From Candidatus Kapaibacterium sp. (GTDB taxonomy: Bacteria; Bacteroidota; Ignavibacteria; Kapaibacteriales; Kapaibacteriaceae): 64,000 nucleotides of DNA. The position numbers and the translations under genes were made by a program. A model generated the notes under the pieces. That model was not told where the DNA came from. It saw only the letters and a list, made by a program, of their open reading frames with translations, and searched no databases. The stretch is taken from positions 554 to 64,553 of the forward strand of contig VERF01000004.1 in the NCBI GenBank assembly GCA_018882895.1, in the 5' to 3' direction. Shown one piece after another: positions 10,292 to 17,114 of the stretch; the stretch's first letter is position 1, and each line of letters opens with the position of its first letter.

Positions 10292-10302
10292 GTCAGGGAG
10301 TG

Positions 10303-10407
10303 AGTTACCAGTTACGAGTTACTAGTTACTAGGTACTAGTTACTAGATACTAGTTACGAGGGACTAGTTAGTAGGGACTCGTTGCTGGGGACTAGTGCTT
10401 AGTGGGA
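10303..10407. repeat. Tandem heptanucleotide array, arm B (15 degenerate units, consensus AGTTACT on the + strand)
   Basis: Parsed by hand: AGTTACC AGTTACG AGTTACT AGTTACT AGGTACT AGTTACT AGATACT AGTTACG AGGGACT AGTTAGT AGGGACT CGTTGCT GGGGACT AGTGCTT AGTGGGA. It is the reverse complement of the 10444-10660 array and ends 11 nt from the atpF ATG. Confidence 0.95.
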
Positions 10408-10443
10408 GAATGTTGTTGTGAAAGACGCTGAACCGGCCCTAAG

Positions 10444-10660
10444 TACCTGGTACCTAGTACCCAGTAACTAGTACCTAGTAACTAGTACCTCGTACCTCGT
10501 ACCTAGTACCTCGTACCTAGTAACTAGTAACTAGTACCTCGTACCTAGTACCTCGTACCTAGTACCTAGTACCTAGTACCTAGTACCTCGTACCTAGTAA
10601 CTAGTACCTAGTACCTAGTACCTCGTACCTCGTACCTAGTACCTCGTACCTAGTGCCTCG
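10444..10660. repeat. Tandem heptanucleotide array, arm A (31 in-phase units TACCTAG / TACCTCG / TAACTAG on the + strand)
   Basis: 217 nt is exactly 31 x 7. Hand parse gives TACCTGG, TACCTAG, TACCCAG, TAACTAG, ... TGCCTCG. There are no unique spacers between units. Confidence 0.97.
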
Positions 10661-10714
10661 GTCGTCAAGCACGGGTAGGTACCGAGCCTGACGACCGACC
10701 CCGGCGTGCGGGGT
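10659..10714 (-). promoter_or_regulatory. Two adjacent GC-rich hairpins just downstream of the atpE stop
   Basis: CGGTCGTCA (10659-10667) pairs with TGACGACCG (10689-10697), a perfect 9-bp stem. ACCCCG (10698-10703) pairs with CGGGGT (10709-10714), a 6-bp stem with a 5-nt loop. No U-tract follows in the transcribed direction. Confidence 0.6.
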
Positions 10715-10729
10715 CGAGGGGTGTCAGAA

Positions 10730-10963
10730 TTATGGGTTCTTGACGGCCAGGAGGATACAAACGACGCCGGCAAGAAGGGCAACGCCTTCGATAAGGGCGG
10801 CGCCAATGATCATCGTCGTGCGGATATCACCGGCGTTTTCAGGCTGGCGGCTGCTGGCTTCGAGAGCGGCTGCTGCAAGGCGACCGATACCCGTGCCGAC
10901 GCCGAAAACCGTGATGCCGAGACCGAGGCCGGCTGACAACCAGGCAAATGCGACTGGATCCAT
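10730..10963 (-). CDS. atpE: Fo ATP synthase subunit c
   Basis: Two-helix proteolipid with loop SRQPE and the ion-binding Glu in GAALIEGVALL. ATG at 10963 (MDPVAF..) preferred over 10978. Confidence 0.93.
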   Translation of the reverse strand: MDPVAFAWLSAGLGLGITVFGVGTGIGRLAAAALEASSRQPENAGDIRTTMIIGAALIEGVALLAGVVCILLAVKNP

Positions 10964-11032
10964 GAGATTTCCTTCCAAAGTGAAGATGAATGAAGTGTGT
11001 TGTTAACTCTGTTTGACTTGTCGACGTGCGGA

Positions 11033-12142
11033 TCAGTGAGCTTCTGCGTGATGGTGGTCGTCATGGGCGTGATCACCCAAGGCAAGACCAACAAACACAG
11101 CCGAAAGCATGGTGAAGATGTATGCTTGAAGGAATGCCACAAGCAGTTCCAGCAGGTAGATGAAGACCGAGAACAGAACGCTGATTGGAGCAACACCCCA
11201 GCCAACCGTCGGACCCATCTCCTGTGCGAAGAAAAAGATCAAACCGACGAGCGACATCAGAACGATGTGTCCAGCGGTCATGTTCGCAAACAAACGAATC
11301 ATCAGTGCGAACGGCTTCGTGATGATGCCCACCAGTTCGATCGGAACCATGATCGGTGCGATGTACACGGGAGCGCCACCGAGTAGGTGCGCAAACCACG
11401 CCTTGACGCCGGCATCCTTGAATGCAATGTAGTTGACCACGATGAGCGTACATGTTGCAAGCGCCATCGTGACCGGTAGCGCGCCCGTTGCAGCGTGTGC
11501 ACCGGGGAGAAGCGAGATCAGGTTGAGCGTCAGAATGAAAAAGAACAGAGCCATCATAAATGGCATCAGTCTCTGCGCGCGCTTCTCGGTGCCTACGTTC
11601 GGCTGAACGATCTGATCGCGCACGTAGAGAACAATTGACTCAAGAACATTCTGAATACCGCGTGGGGCAGACATCGGAGCCTTGCGATACCGCGAACGCG
11701 CAATGGCAAACAGACCCGTCACAAGGATCATGGCGATCCACTGGTATGCCACGAAGTTGGTGATCGAAAGGTCAAGCGATGGTGACGCGTTTGGAAGCGG
11801 ACATGCTTCCTTCTCGGTGTGAGCTGCATGGGTGCGCACGATGTGATGGCCATGACCCGGGTGGTGCATTGTGAACTGACCACCATCTTCCATTGCATGC
11901 AGGTTCGCATACGTGTGAAAGGCATTGTCCTGATCCATCAGGATCACCGGCAGGATCTCGTAGTGTCCGAAGAAGATGTTCAATTCATGGTGATCACCAA
12001 GCTGATCCAGCAGCTTGTTGAACGTGAACTTCCCATCTGAATGCTCCGCGCCGTGTCCGGTGGCATGAGCACCGGCAGCGGCATGAAGACTGTCTGCCGA
12101 CGGCTGCGTTGAATCGTGCTGTTGTCCGTGTTCGTTGTTCAT
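11033..12142 (-). CDS. atpB: Fo ATP synthase subunit a, with His-rich N- and C-terminal extensions
   Basis: C-terminal half carries the conserved LFANMTAGH (essential Arg in LMIRLFANM) and the LLELLVAFLQAYIF helix. The N-terminal extension of about 130 aa and the C-terminal tail are rich in His. Confidence 0.92.
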   Translation of the reverse strand: MNNEHGQQHDSTQPSADSLHAAAGAHATGHGAEHSDGKFTFNKLLDQLGDHHELNIFFGHYEILPVILMDQDNAFHTYANLHAMEDGGQFTMHHPGHGHHIVRTHAAHTEKEACPLPNASPSLDLSITNFVAYQWIAMILVTGLFAIARSRYRKAPMSAPRGIQNVLESIVLYVRDQIVQPNVGTEKRAQRLMPFMMALFFFILTLNLISLLPGAHAATGALPVTMALATCTLIVVNYIAFKDAGVKAWFAHLLGGAPVYIAPIMVPIELVGIITKPFALMIRLFANMTAGHIVLMSLVGLIFFFAQEMGPTVGWGVAPISVLFSVFIYLLELLVAFLQAYIFTMLSAVFVGLALGDHAHDDHHHAEAH

Positions 12143-12161
12143 AGTCTCGATCGTTCTCGTA

Positions 12162-12545
12162 TCAGGCGTACGCTGCGGTCATGCATGCCATCACAGGTTC
12201 AACCTCTTTTTTTTTAAAGGGGCGATTCGTGCTGGCTAGCTGAAGACGCTTTGTGCGCTCCATAGAGAAGTGAAAAAAAAACACCTCCACCATCAATCCG
12301 GCGAAGGCAGAGATCGAAAACGTCAGGGCGAATGACACTTGGTGCATTTGCACAACCCCCAAACAGAGGTAGGCAAGCGTCACAACCACAATTCCCCGAA
12401 TGGCAAGGCTACCGAACACAATACCCATGAAGGTATTGAGCTCTTTCGACTGCGCACGCTTCGACACGATGTAACCAACCGACGAGTTGGCAACACTGAT
12501 GCCCAGTGCTGTGATGATCGCAACCAATGGCCCCTTCGCATCCAC
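12162..12545 (-). CDS. Small hydrophobic protein at the atpI position (ATP synthase protein I-like)
   Basis: 127 aa with 3-4 TM segments, immediately upstream of atpB on the same strand. Call rests on position and hydrophobicity only. Confidence 0.55.
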   Translation of the reverse strand: MDAKGPLVAIITALGISVANSSVGYIVSKRAQSKELNTFMGIVFGSLAIRGIVVVTLAYLCLGVVQMHQVSFALTFSISAFAGLMVEVFFFHFSMERTKRLQLASTNRPFKKKEVEPVMACMTAAYA

Positions 12546-12555
12546 CCAGAGTTCT

Positions 12556-12804
12556 CTACCTTTCCTTTGTCGTTTCAGCCCCCTTATCGCGCGTCAGTTG
12601 GCTGACCGTGCGCAGGAACTGCGTGAGTCCAACAATCGATCCAAGCACCACACCGGAGACAATGCCGATCGGCTCCGATGACAAACGTGTGTCGATCCAC
12701 CAGCCGAGCGCCGCACCAACCAGAACCGTACCCGCAAGCTGGCCTCCCAGTGCCATGTACGGTGCAAGCTGCTGCATAGGCGACTTCGACGTCGACATGA
12801 TCAT
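12556..12804 (-). CDS. AtpZ/AtpR-like small membrane protein (putative Fo assembly/accessory subunit)
   Basis: Two TM helices (LGGQLAGTVLVGAALGWWID, IGIVSGVVLGSIVGL), typical of the small AtpZ family that opens many atp operons. ATG at 12804 (verified) avoids overlap with the upstream gene. Confidence 0.55.
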   Translation of the reverse strand: MIMSTSKSPMQQLAPYMALGGQLAGTVLVGAALGWWIDTRLSSEPIGIVSGVVLGSIVGLTQFLRTVSQLTRDKGAETTKER

Positions 12805-12827
12805 CACGTCCGTAAAAAAATGCCGCG

Positions 12828-12861
12828 CAAAAATAGGTCGGCCCACGCTAAAAGCCCAATT
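12828..12861 (-). promoter_or_regulatory. Candidate FCB-type promoter of the atp operon (-33 TTG, 21 nt, -7 TATTTTTG)
   Basis: Plus-strand CAAAAATA at 12828-12835 reads TATTTTTG on the minus strand (TAnnTTTG consensus). It lies 24 nt upstream of the 12804 ATG, with a TTG 21 nt further upstream, inside the 43-nt intergenic gap. Confidence 0.4.
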
Positions 12862-14206
12862 CGCGGAGGGCATTCAGAACGGCTTCGCCGTAGATGTTCG
12901 TCGACTCTCCGTACCAGACGCCGTCCGGAACAAAGCGGATGACGCCGTAGGTCGATGGATCGAGCTCTTTCAGGGGGCTGGTGGCAATGACAGTGTGCTC
13001 CTCAGGCCGGAACTCGTTATCCACGTCGTGGATGGCCACAGTACAGCCGAATTCGGTGGGCTTTCTCTCATCGATCGGGGCCTTCTGGTAGCCCAGCAGG
13101 ACGAACGGGATGCGAACTTTGACGACGTATCCGTCCTTCGAGCGAGCAGAAACAGCCCGGATGAGCCGTCGTGCCTGGTTCTGAGTGGGATCAAGGTCAT
13201 CTGTCGTGCGCACCACCACCCGCGGCAAGCGGTCGCCAAAATCACCCAACCGCACCATGATAGTGTACAGTCCTGTATCACTGGAGTGTCGCACGGCTAC
13301 ATCCGTGCGATTCATGATGTTTACGTACCGGGACAGGCCAACCTCGGGCGCGGGCGTCACATCAAGGTGAAGCTCCAGATGGTCTGCCGCACAGGTATCA
13401 CACCAGCCGGTGACCACGTTGGAATCACGCACCTGCACCCTTAGGTACAGAAAGTCATCATCGTAGACCATCCTGGTCCGGAAGGACACGTCATTTTCAC
13501 CTGTCCACCAGTATGAGCCCTCGGTGACGTGATCAATGTCTTGCACCGATGCCTCGGCAACAAAGCCGGCAAAGACCTGGCGTGCCCGACCATAACACGG
13601 AATCGTGATGAACTCGCTCTCATGCGCGGCCTCGTCATCCTTGCGCAGGAAGCGCTCGCGCGTGGCGAGGGACTGAAATGAGCGGTAGGTCTCATGACCC
13701 ATTGACTCGATACGGTCGGTCACAAATTGATCGACAAGCACCACCGCCCCCTCCCGGAAACGATATCCGAGAATGGACCAATCTTCTGCTTTGCGTTTGA
13801 CGGTGACGTAGCAGGACGTGTCACGGATCACAACGCCAACCTCGAGGGGCAGATCGACGAACGGGAAGGGCATCTTGGAGATGTTCACAAGGTAGCCATC
13901 GACGTCCACGAACATGTACACGAGACACTCGCGCTTGCGCGATCCGCTCACGTGAAGTGAAACAGCAAGATCATACACCCCGTCACCACTGAAATCACCC
14001 ACGTCCCAGCCCCAGATTCGGTAGCTGGCACCAAGCGGCATGGCGTTGCGCACATCTGTTAAAAGCTCCTCGGCGAAATATGGATCGGCCCGACGCTTGA
14101 ACTCATCGAAATCCATTCCCGACTGAGCCGAACCAACCACGGGGATCAGGGCTGACAACAAGGCTGCCACGATCCGCAGTTGACGTATGGTCGAGCACAT
14201 GGTCAC
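12848..14206 (-). CDS. Secreted hypothetical protein (signal peptide; possible FG-GAP-like N-terminus and CBM9/DOMON-like C-terminus)
   Basis: Signal-like N-terminus LRIVAALLSALIPVVGSAQS. The DVGDFSGDGVYDLAV motif resembles an FG-GAP/VCBS turn. DHLELHLDV recalls CBM9-like sugar-binding folds. Function is uncertain. Confidence 0.6.
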   Translation of the reverse strand: MTMCSTIRQLRIVAALLSALIPVVGSAQSGMDFDEFKRRADPYFAEELLTDVRNAMPLGASYRIWGWDVGDFSGDGVYDLAVSLHVSGSRKRECLVYMFVDVDGYLVNISKMPFPFVDLPLEVGVVIRDTSCYVTVKRKAEDWSILGYRFREGAVVLVDQFVTDRIESMGHETYRSFQSLATRERFLRKDDEAAHESEFITIPCYGRARQVFAGFVAEASVQDIDHVTEGSYWWTGENDVSFRTRMVYDDDFLYLRVQVRDSNVVTGWCDTCAADHLELHLDVTPAPEVGLSRYVNIMNRTDVAVRHSSDTGLYTIMVRLGDFGDRLPRVVVRTTDDLDPTQNQARRLIRAVSARSKDGYVVKVRIPFVLLGYQKAPIDERKPTEFGCTVAIHDVDNEFRPEEHTVIATSPLKELDPSTYGVIRFVPDGVWYGESTNIYGEAVLNALRELGF

Positions 14207-15201
14207 AATGTTTGGGAGCCCGACAAAATGGTTTCCCGCACATCGATGTGATTTGCCTTTAGACGCGCACCATACTGGGCAACAACCTGCGCTGAAGCAT
14301 AGGATGCCAGTCGGGCCGCGTGCTCGGGATGATGGCGATGAAGCACACCGTAGAGGAACGCCCCGGCGTACATGTCTCCGGCGCCGGTGGCATCAACTGG
14401 TGTGACGGCATAGGCCGGCACGCCTGCCGTGATGCCGTTCCATTGCACAAGAGAGCCTTTGGAACCCTTGGTGACAACCACGTTACGGAACCTTGACGAT
14501 AGCGCTGCAAATGCTTCGTCTCCATCCTCGGCACCTGCCAGAGCCGATGCTTCGCGCTCGTTGCAGAACACCAGATCAGCACTCTTGAGCACCGACCGCA
14601 GACGATCTCCGAATACATCAACGATGAAGCCGTCCGAGCAGCTGACCGCCACCGACGTGCCGTGCCTGCGTGCATGGAAGAGAGCCAGATCGACCGCTTC
14701 GGCTCCGTTATCATCCGTGAGCTTATATCCCTCAACGTAGATCCACTCGCTGGAGCGAATGACGTCTTCGCGGATGTGCGTGCGGTCAAAGGCCGCATTC
14801 ACGGCAAGGGTCGTGTTGAGCGTCCGCTCACTGTCGGGCGTGATCATCACCAGGCACGTGCCCGTGGTCTCGCCGTCGATCGAGGCTGCCGAGAGCTCAA
14901 TGCCGAGCTCTCGGAACTCGGATGCATAGAAATCACCGTAGTGATCCCCGCCGAGCACGGAGCAATAAGCCCCCTTGCCACCGAACTGTGCAAAGGCAAT
15001 GATGGAGTTGGCCGCCGAGCCGCCGCTGCAGCGGTGTACGTCGCGCTGGCCCAGCTGAGCGATGATCTCGCGCTGCCGGCTCGCATCGGTAAGGGTCATG
15101 GCGCCCTTTTGGACGCCGAAGGTGGCAAGTTCGTCCTCGGTAACGCGGTACTCAAGGTCGACAAGGGCATTGCCGATGCCCGACAGCATGATGTTTTTCA
15201 C
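14203..15201 (-). CDS. PfkB-family carbohydrate/nucleoside kinase (adenosine kinase-like)
   Basis: N-terminus GIGNALVDLEY and C-terminal ATP-binding motif DATGAGDMYAGAFLYG, typical of the ribokinase/PfkB family. Confidence 0.85.
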   Translation of the reverse strand: MKNIMLSGIGNALVDLEYRVTEDELATFGVQKGAMTLTDASRQREIIAQLGQRDVHRCSGGSAANSIIAFAQFGGKGAYCSVLGGDHYGDFYASEFRELGIELSAASIDGETTGTCLVMITPDSERTLNTTLAVNAAFDRTHIREDVIRSSEWIYVEGYKLTDDNGAEAVDLALFHARRHGTSVAVSCSDGFIVDVFGDRLRSVLKSADLVFCNEREASALAGAEDGDEAFAALSSRFRNVVVTKGSKGSLVQWNGITAGVPAYAVTPVDATGAGDMYAGAFLYGVLHRHHPEHAARLASYASAQVVAQYGARLKANHIDVRETILSGSQTL

Positions 15202-15252
15202 GGCGCAAATATAGAATCGAGGTCGCCGATTGGCAGTCCGCTCGATCGAATC

Positions 15253-16284
15253 CTAGCCGGCAGCCACCTCTGCGCCTGATTGGCGGATGATCTCCATGCA
15301 GAGTTCGGGGAACTCGATACCGGCCTGCCGCGCTGCCATCGGCACCAGACTGGTGGCCGTGAAACCGGGAATGGTATTCACTTCCAGGCAAAACGGCATA
15401 CCCTCCGGGGTCAGGCGGAAATCCACGCGACTATAGGCGCGACATCCAAGAATGCTATGAGCAGCCACGGCCAGATTACGCACGTGTTCATCGATCACAT
15501 CGGAAATGTCGGCCGGACAGTGGTACTCTGTGTTACCCTTGACGTACTTGTTCTCGAAGTCGTAGTAACCCTGCTTTGGCACGATCTCGATCACCGGTAG
15601 AGCCTCATTTCCGAGCACTGCCACCGTGAGCTCACGTCCAGGCACGTATGCCTCGATCATCACCGACGTTGTGAAAGCCCCCGCCAGGCGGACGGCCGCC
15701 TCCAGCGAGTCCACGTCCGGCTCGTCCAAAATGGTCATGCCCACGGTCGACCCTTGGTCGTTGGGCTTGACGACAAGCTTGCCCGGAATCTCACGCATCA
15801 CGCTTTCGAACAGCCCGTCGTCATCGAACTGATCATGCGTCACATTCACCCACGGAGCCGTGGGGATCCCAGCCGATTGAAACAGGAGCTTGGACAGCCC
15901 CTTGTCCATTGCCGTGGCGCTGGCCAGCATCGTAGAGCCGGTGTAGGCAATACCCCTGAGATCCATCAGCGACTGCATGTATCCGTCTTCGCCGTAGCGT
16001 CCATGCAGGAGGTTGAAAACCACATCAACTCCGTCGAAATGCGCCGAAGTGGCGCACTCAAGAAGCTTCCGCGAATCAAACGCGTCGAGCTCCATCATCG
16101 TCACCTCGCGCGGTGACGCATCGTGGAGCTCCTGATCGGAAAGGGGCTGGCCGGCTCCCCGCATCGGGTCGATTGCCAATACCTCATGCCCCAGCTCCCG
16201 CAGGGCAAACACGGCCGCACGGCCGCTGAGTAGAGATATGTTTCGTTCGGTGCTGATACCACCAAGGAGTACGGCAATCTTCAT
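15253..16284 (-). CDS. ddl: D-alanine--D-alanine ligase
   Basis: MKIAVLLGGISTERNISLLSG, HGRYGEDGYMQSLMDLRGIAYTGS, and an ATP-grasp C-terminus LEVNTIPGFT. ATG at 16284 verified; it lies 2 nt after the upstream stop. Confidence 0.93.
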   Translation of the reverse strand: MKIAVLLGGISTERNISLLSGRAAVFALRELGHEVLAIDPMRGAGQPLSDQELHDASPREVTMMELDAFDSRKLLECATSAHFDGVDVVFNLLHGRYGEDGYMQSLMDLRGIAYTGSTMLASATAMDKGLSKLLFQSAGIPTAPWVNVTHDQFDDDGLFESVMREIPGKLVVKPNDQGSTVGMTILDEPDVDSLEAAVRLAGAFTTSVMIEAYVPGRELTVAVLGNEALPVIEIVPKQGYYDFENKYVKGNTEYHCPADISDVIDEHVRNLAVAAHSILGCRAYSRVDFRLTPEGMPFCLEVNTIPGFTATSLVPMAARQAGIEFPELCMEIIRQSGAEVAAG

Positions 16285-16286
16285 GA

Positions 16287-17042
16287 TTATTGGGCTTCCA
16301 GATAGAGTGAGCGCAGATGCTTGACGTCTTCCCACACAAGCTTCTTCCATTCGGGATTCCGCAGAAGAGCAGCAGGGTGGTAGGTGACAAGGGTCTTGAT
16401 ACCCTGGTAGTCATGGATGGTGCCACGCAGGGCCGACATGGTCTCGGTCGACTTCAGCAGCGTATGTGCAGCCGTCAGTCCAAGACAAAGGATGAACTTT
16501 GGTCGAATGAGCTCGATCTGCTTCCACAGATACGGCTCGCACGAATCAGTCTCACCGACAAGGGGCTTGCGGTTGTTCGGCGGCCGGCACTTGAGAATGT
16601 TACAGATGTACACATCCTCGCGCTTGAATTCGATCGACTCAAGGATCTTCGTAAGCAGCTGCCCGGCACGCCCAACAAAGGGCAATCCCTGGGCGTCCTC
16701 ATCCGCGCCGGGTGCTTCTCCGATCACCATGATGTCGGCATCCGGATTGCCAGAGCCAAACACGAAGTTGGTTCGGGTAGCACCAAGCGGACACTTCATG
16801 CATCCTGAGATGTCGGCGTGAAACGACTCAAGTGTGGTTGCACTCATCATCACATCCATGTTCTGTGTCGGTGCGACAACATCAGGAGCTTCAACTGCCG
16901 CGACCGGGATGACGGGTGCATCCGGCTCGGCTGCCGCGATGACCACTGATGCCGGATCGACATGGTCAACATACACCGTCGAGCCGAGCATCTGCCTCTG
17001 CTGGTGGAGGTAGCGGAGCAATTCGTCAGCGATCGTCGGCAT
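16287..17042 (-). CDS. Family-4 uracil-DNA glycosylase
   Basis: C..CMKCPL (Fe-S ligands), GSGNPDADIMVIGEAPGADED, GLPFVGRAGQLL and HPAALLRNP motifs. Confidence 0.9.
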   Translation of the reverse strand: MPTIADELLRYLHQQRQMLGSTVYVDHVDPASVVIAAAEPDAPVIPVAAVEAPDVVAPTQNMDVMMSATTLESFHADISGCMKCPLGATRTNFVFGSGNPDADIMVIGEAPGADEDAQGLPFVGRAGQLLTKILESIEFKREDVYICNILKCRPPNNRKPLVGETDSCEPYLWKQIELIRPKFILCLGLTAAHTLLKSTETMSALRGTIHDYQGIKTLVTYHPAALLRNPEWKKLVWEDVKHLRSLYLEAQ

Positions 17043-17082
17043 GCAGACATTGACAATCAGGAAGTGGAAGAAACAGAGGATA

Positions 17083-17103
17083 CTGCCGAAGGGGGCTCGG
17101 CAG
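17083..17103 (-). terminator. Hairpin after clpC with the AGGGGGC word as its loop
   Basis: CTGCCGA (17083-17089) pairs with TCGGCAG (17097-17103) and the loop is AGGGGGC. On the minus strand it is followed by a pyrimidine/T-rich stretch (TATCCTCTGTTTCTTCC). It lies between the clpC stop (17115) and the UDG start (17042). Confidence 0.45.
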
Positions 17104-17114
17104 AACGCCGAAGG

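Noticed and set aside
10444-10660. Possible CRISPR array (regular short repeats in a non-coding gap)
   Set aside because: The repeat unit is only 7 nt and units are directly adjacent with no unique spacers. No cas genes or leader are present. It is a microsatellite-like tandem array, not a CRISPR.
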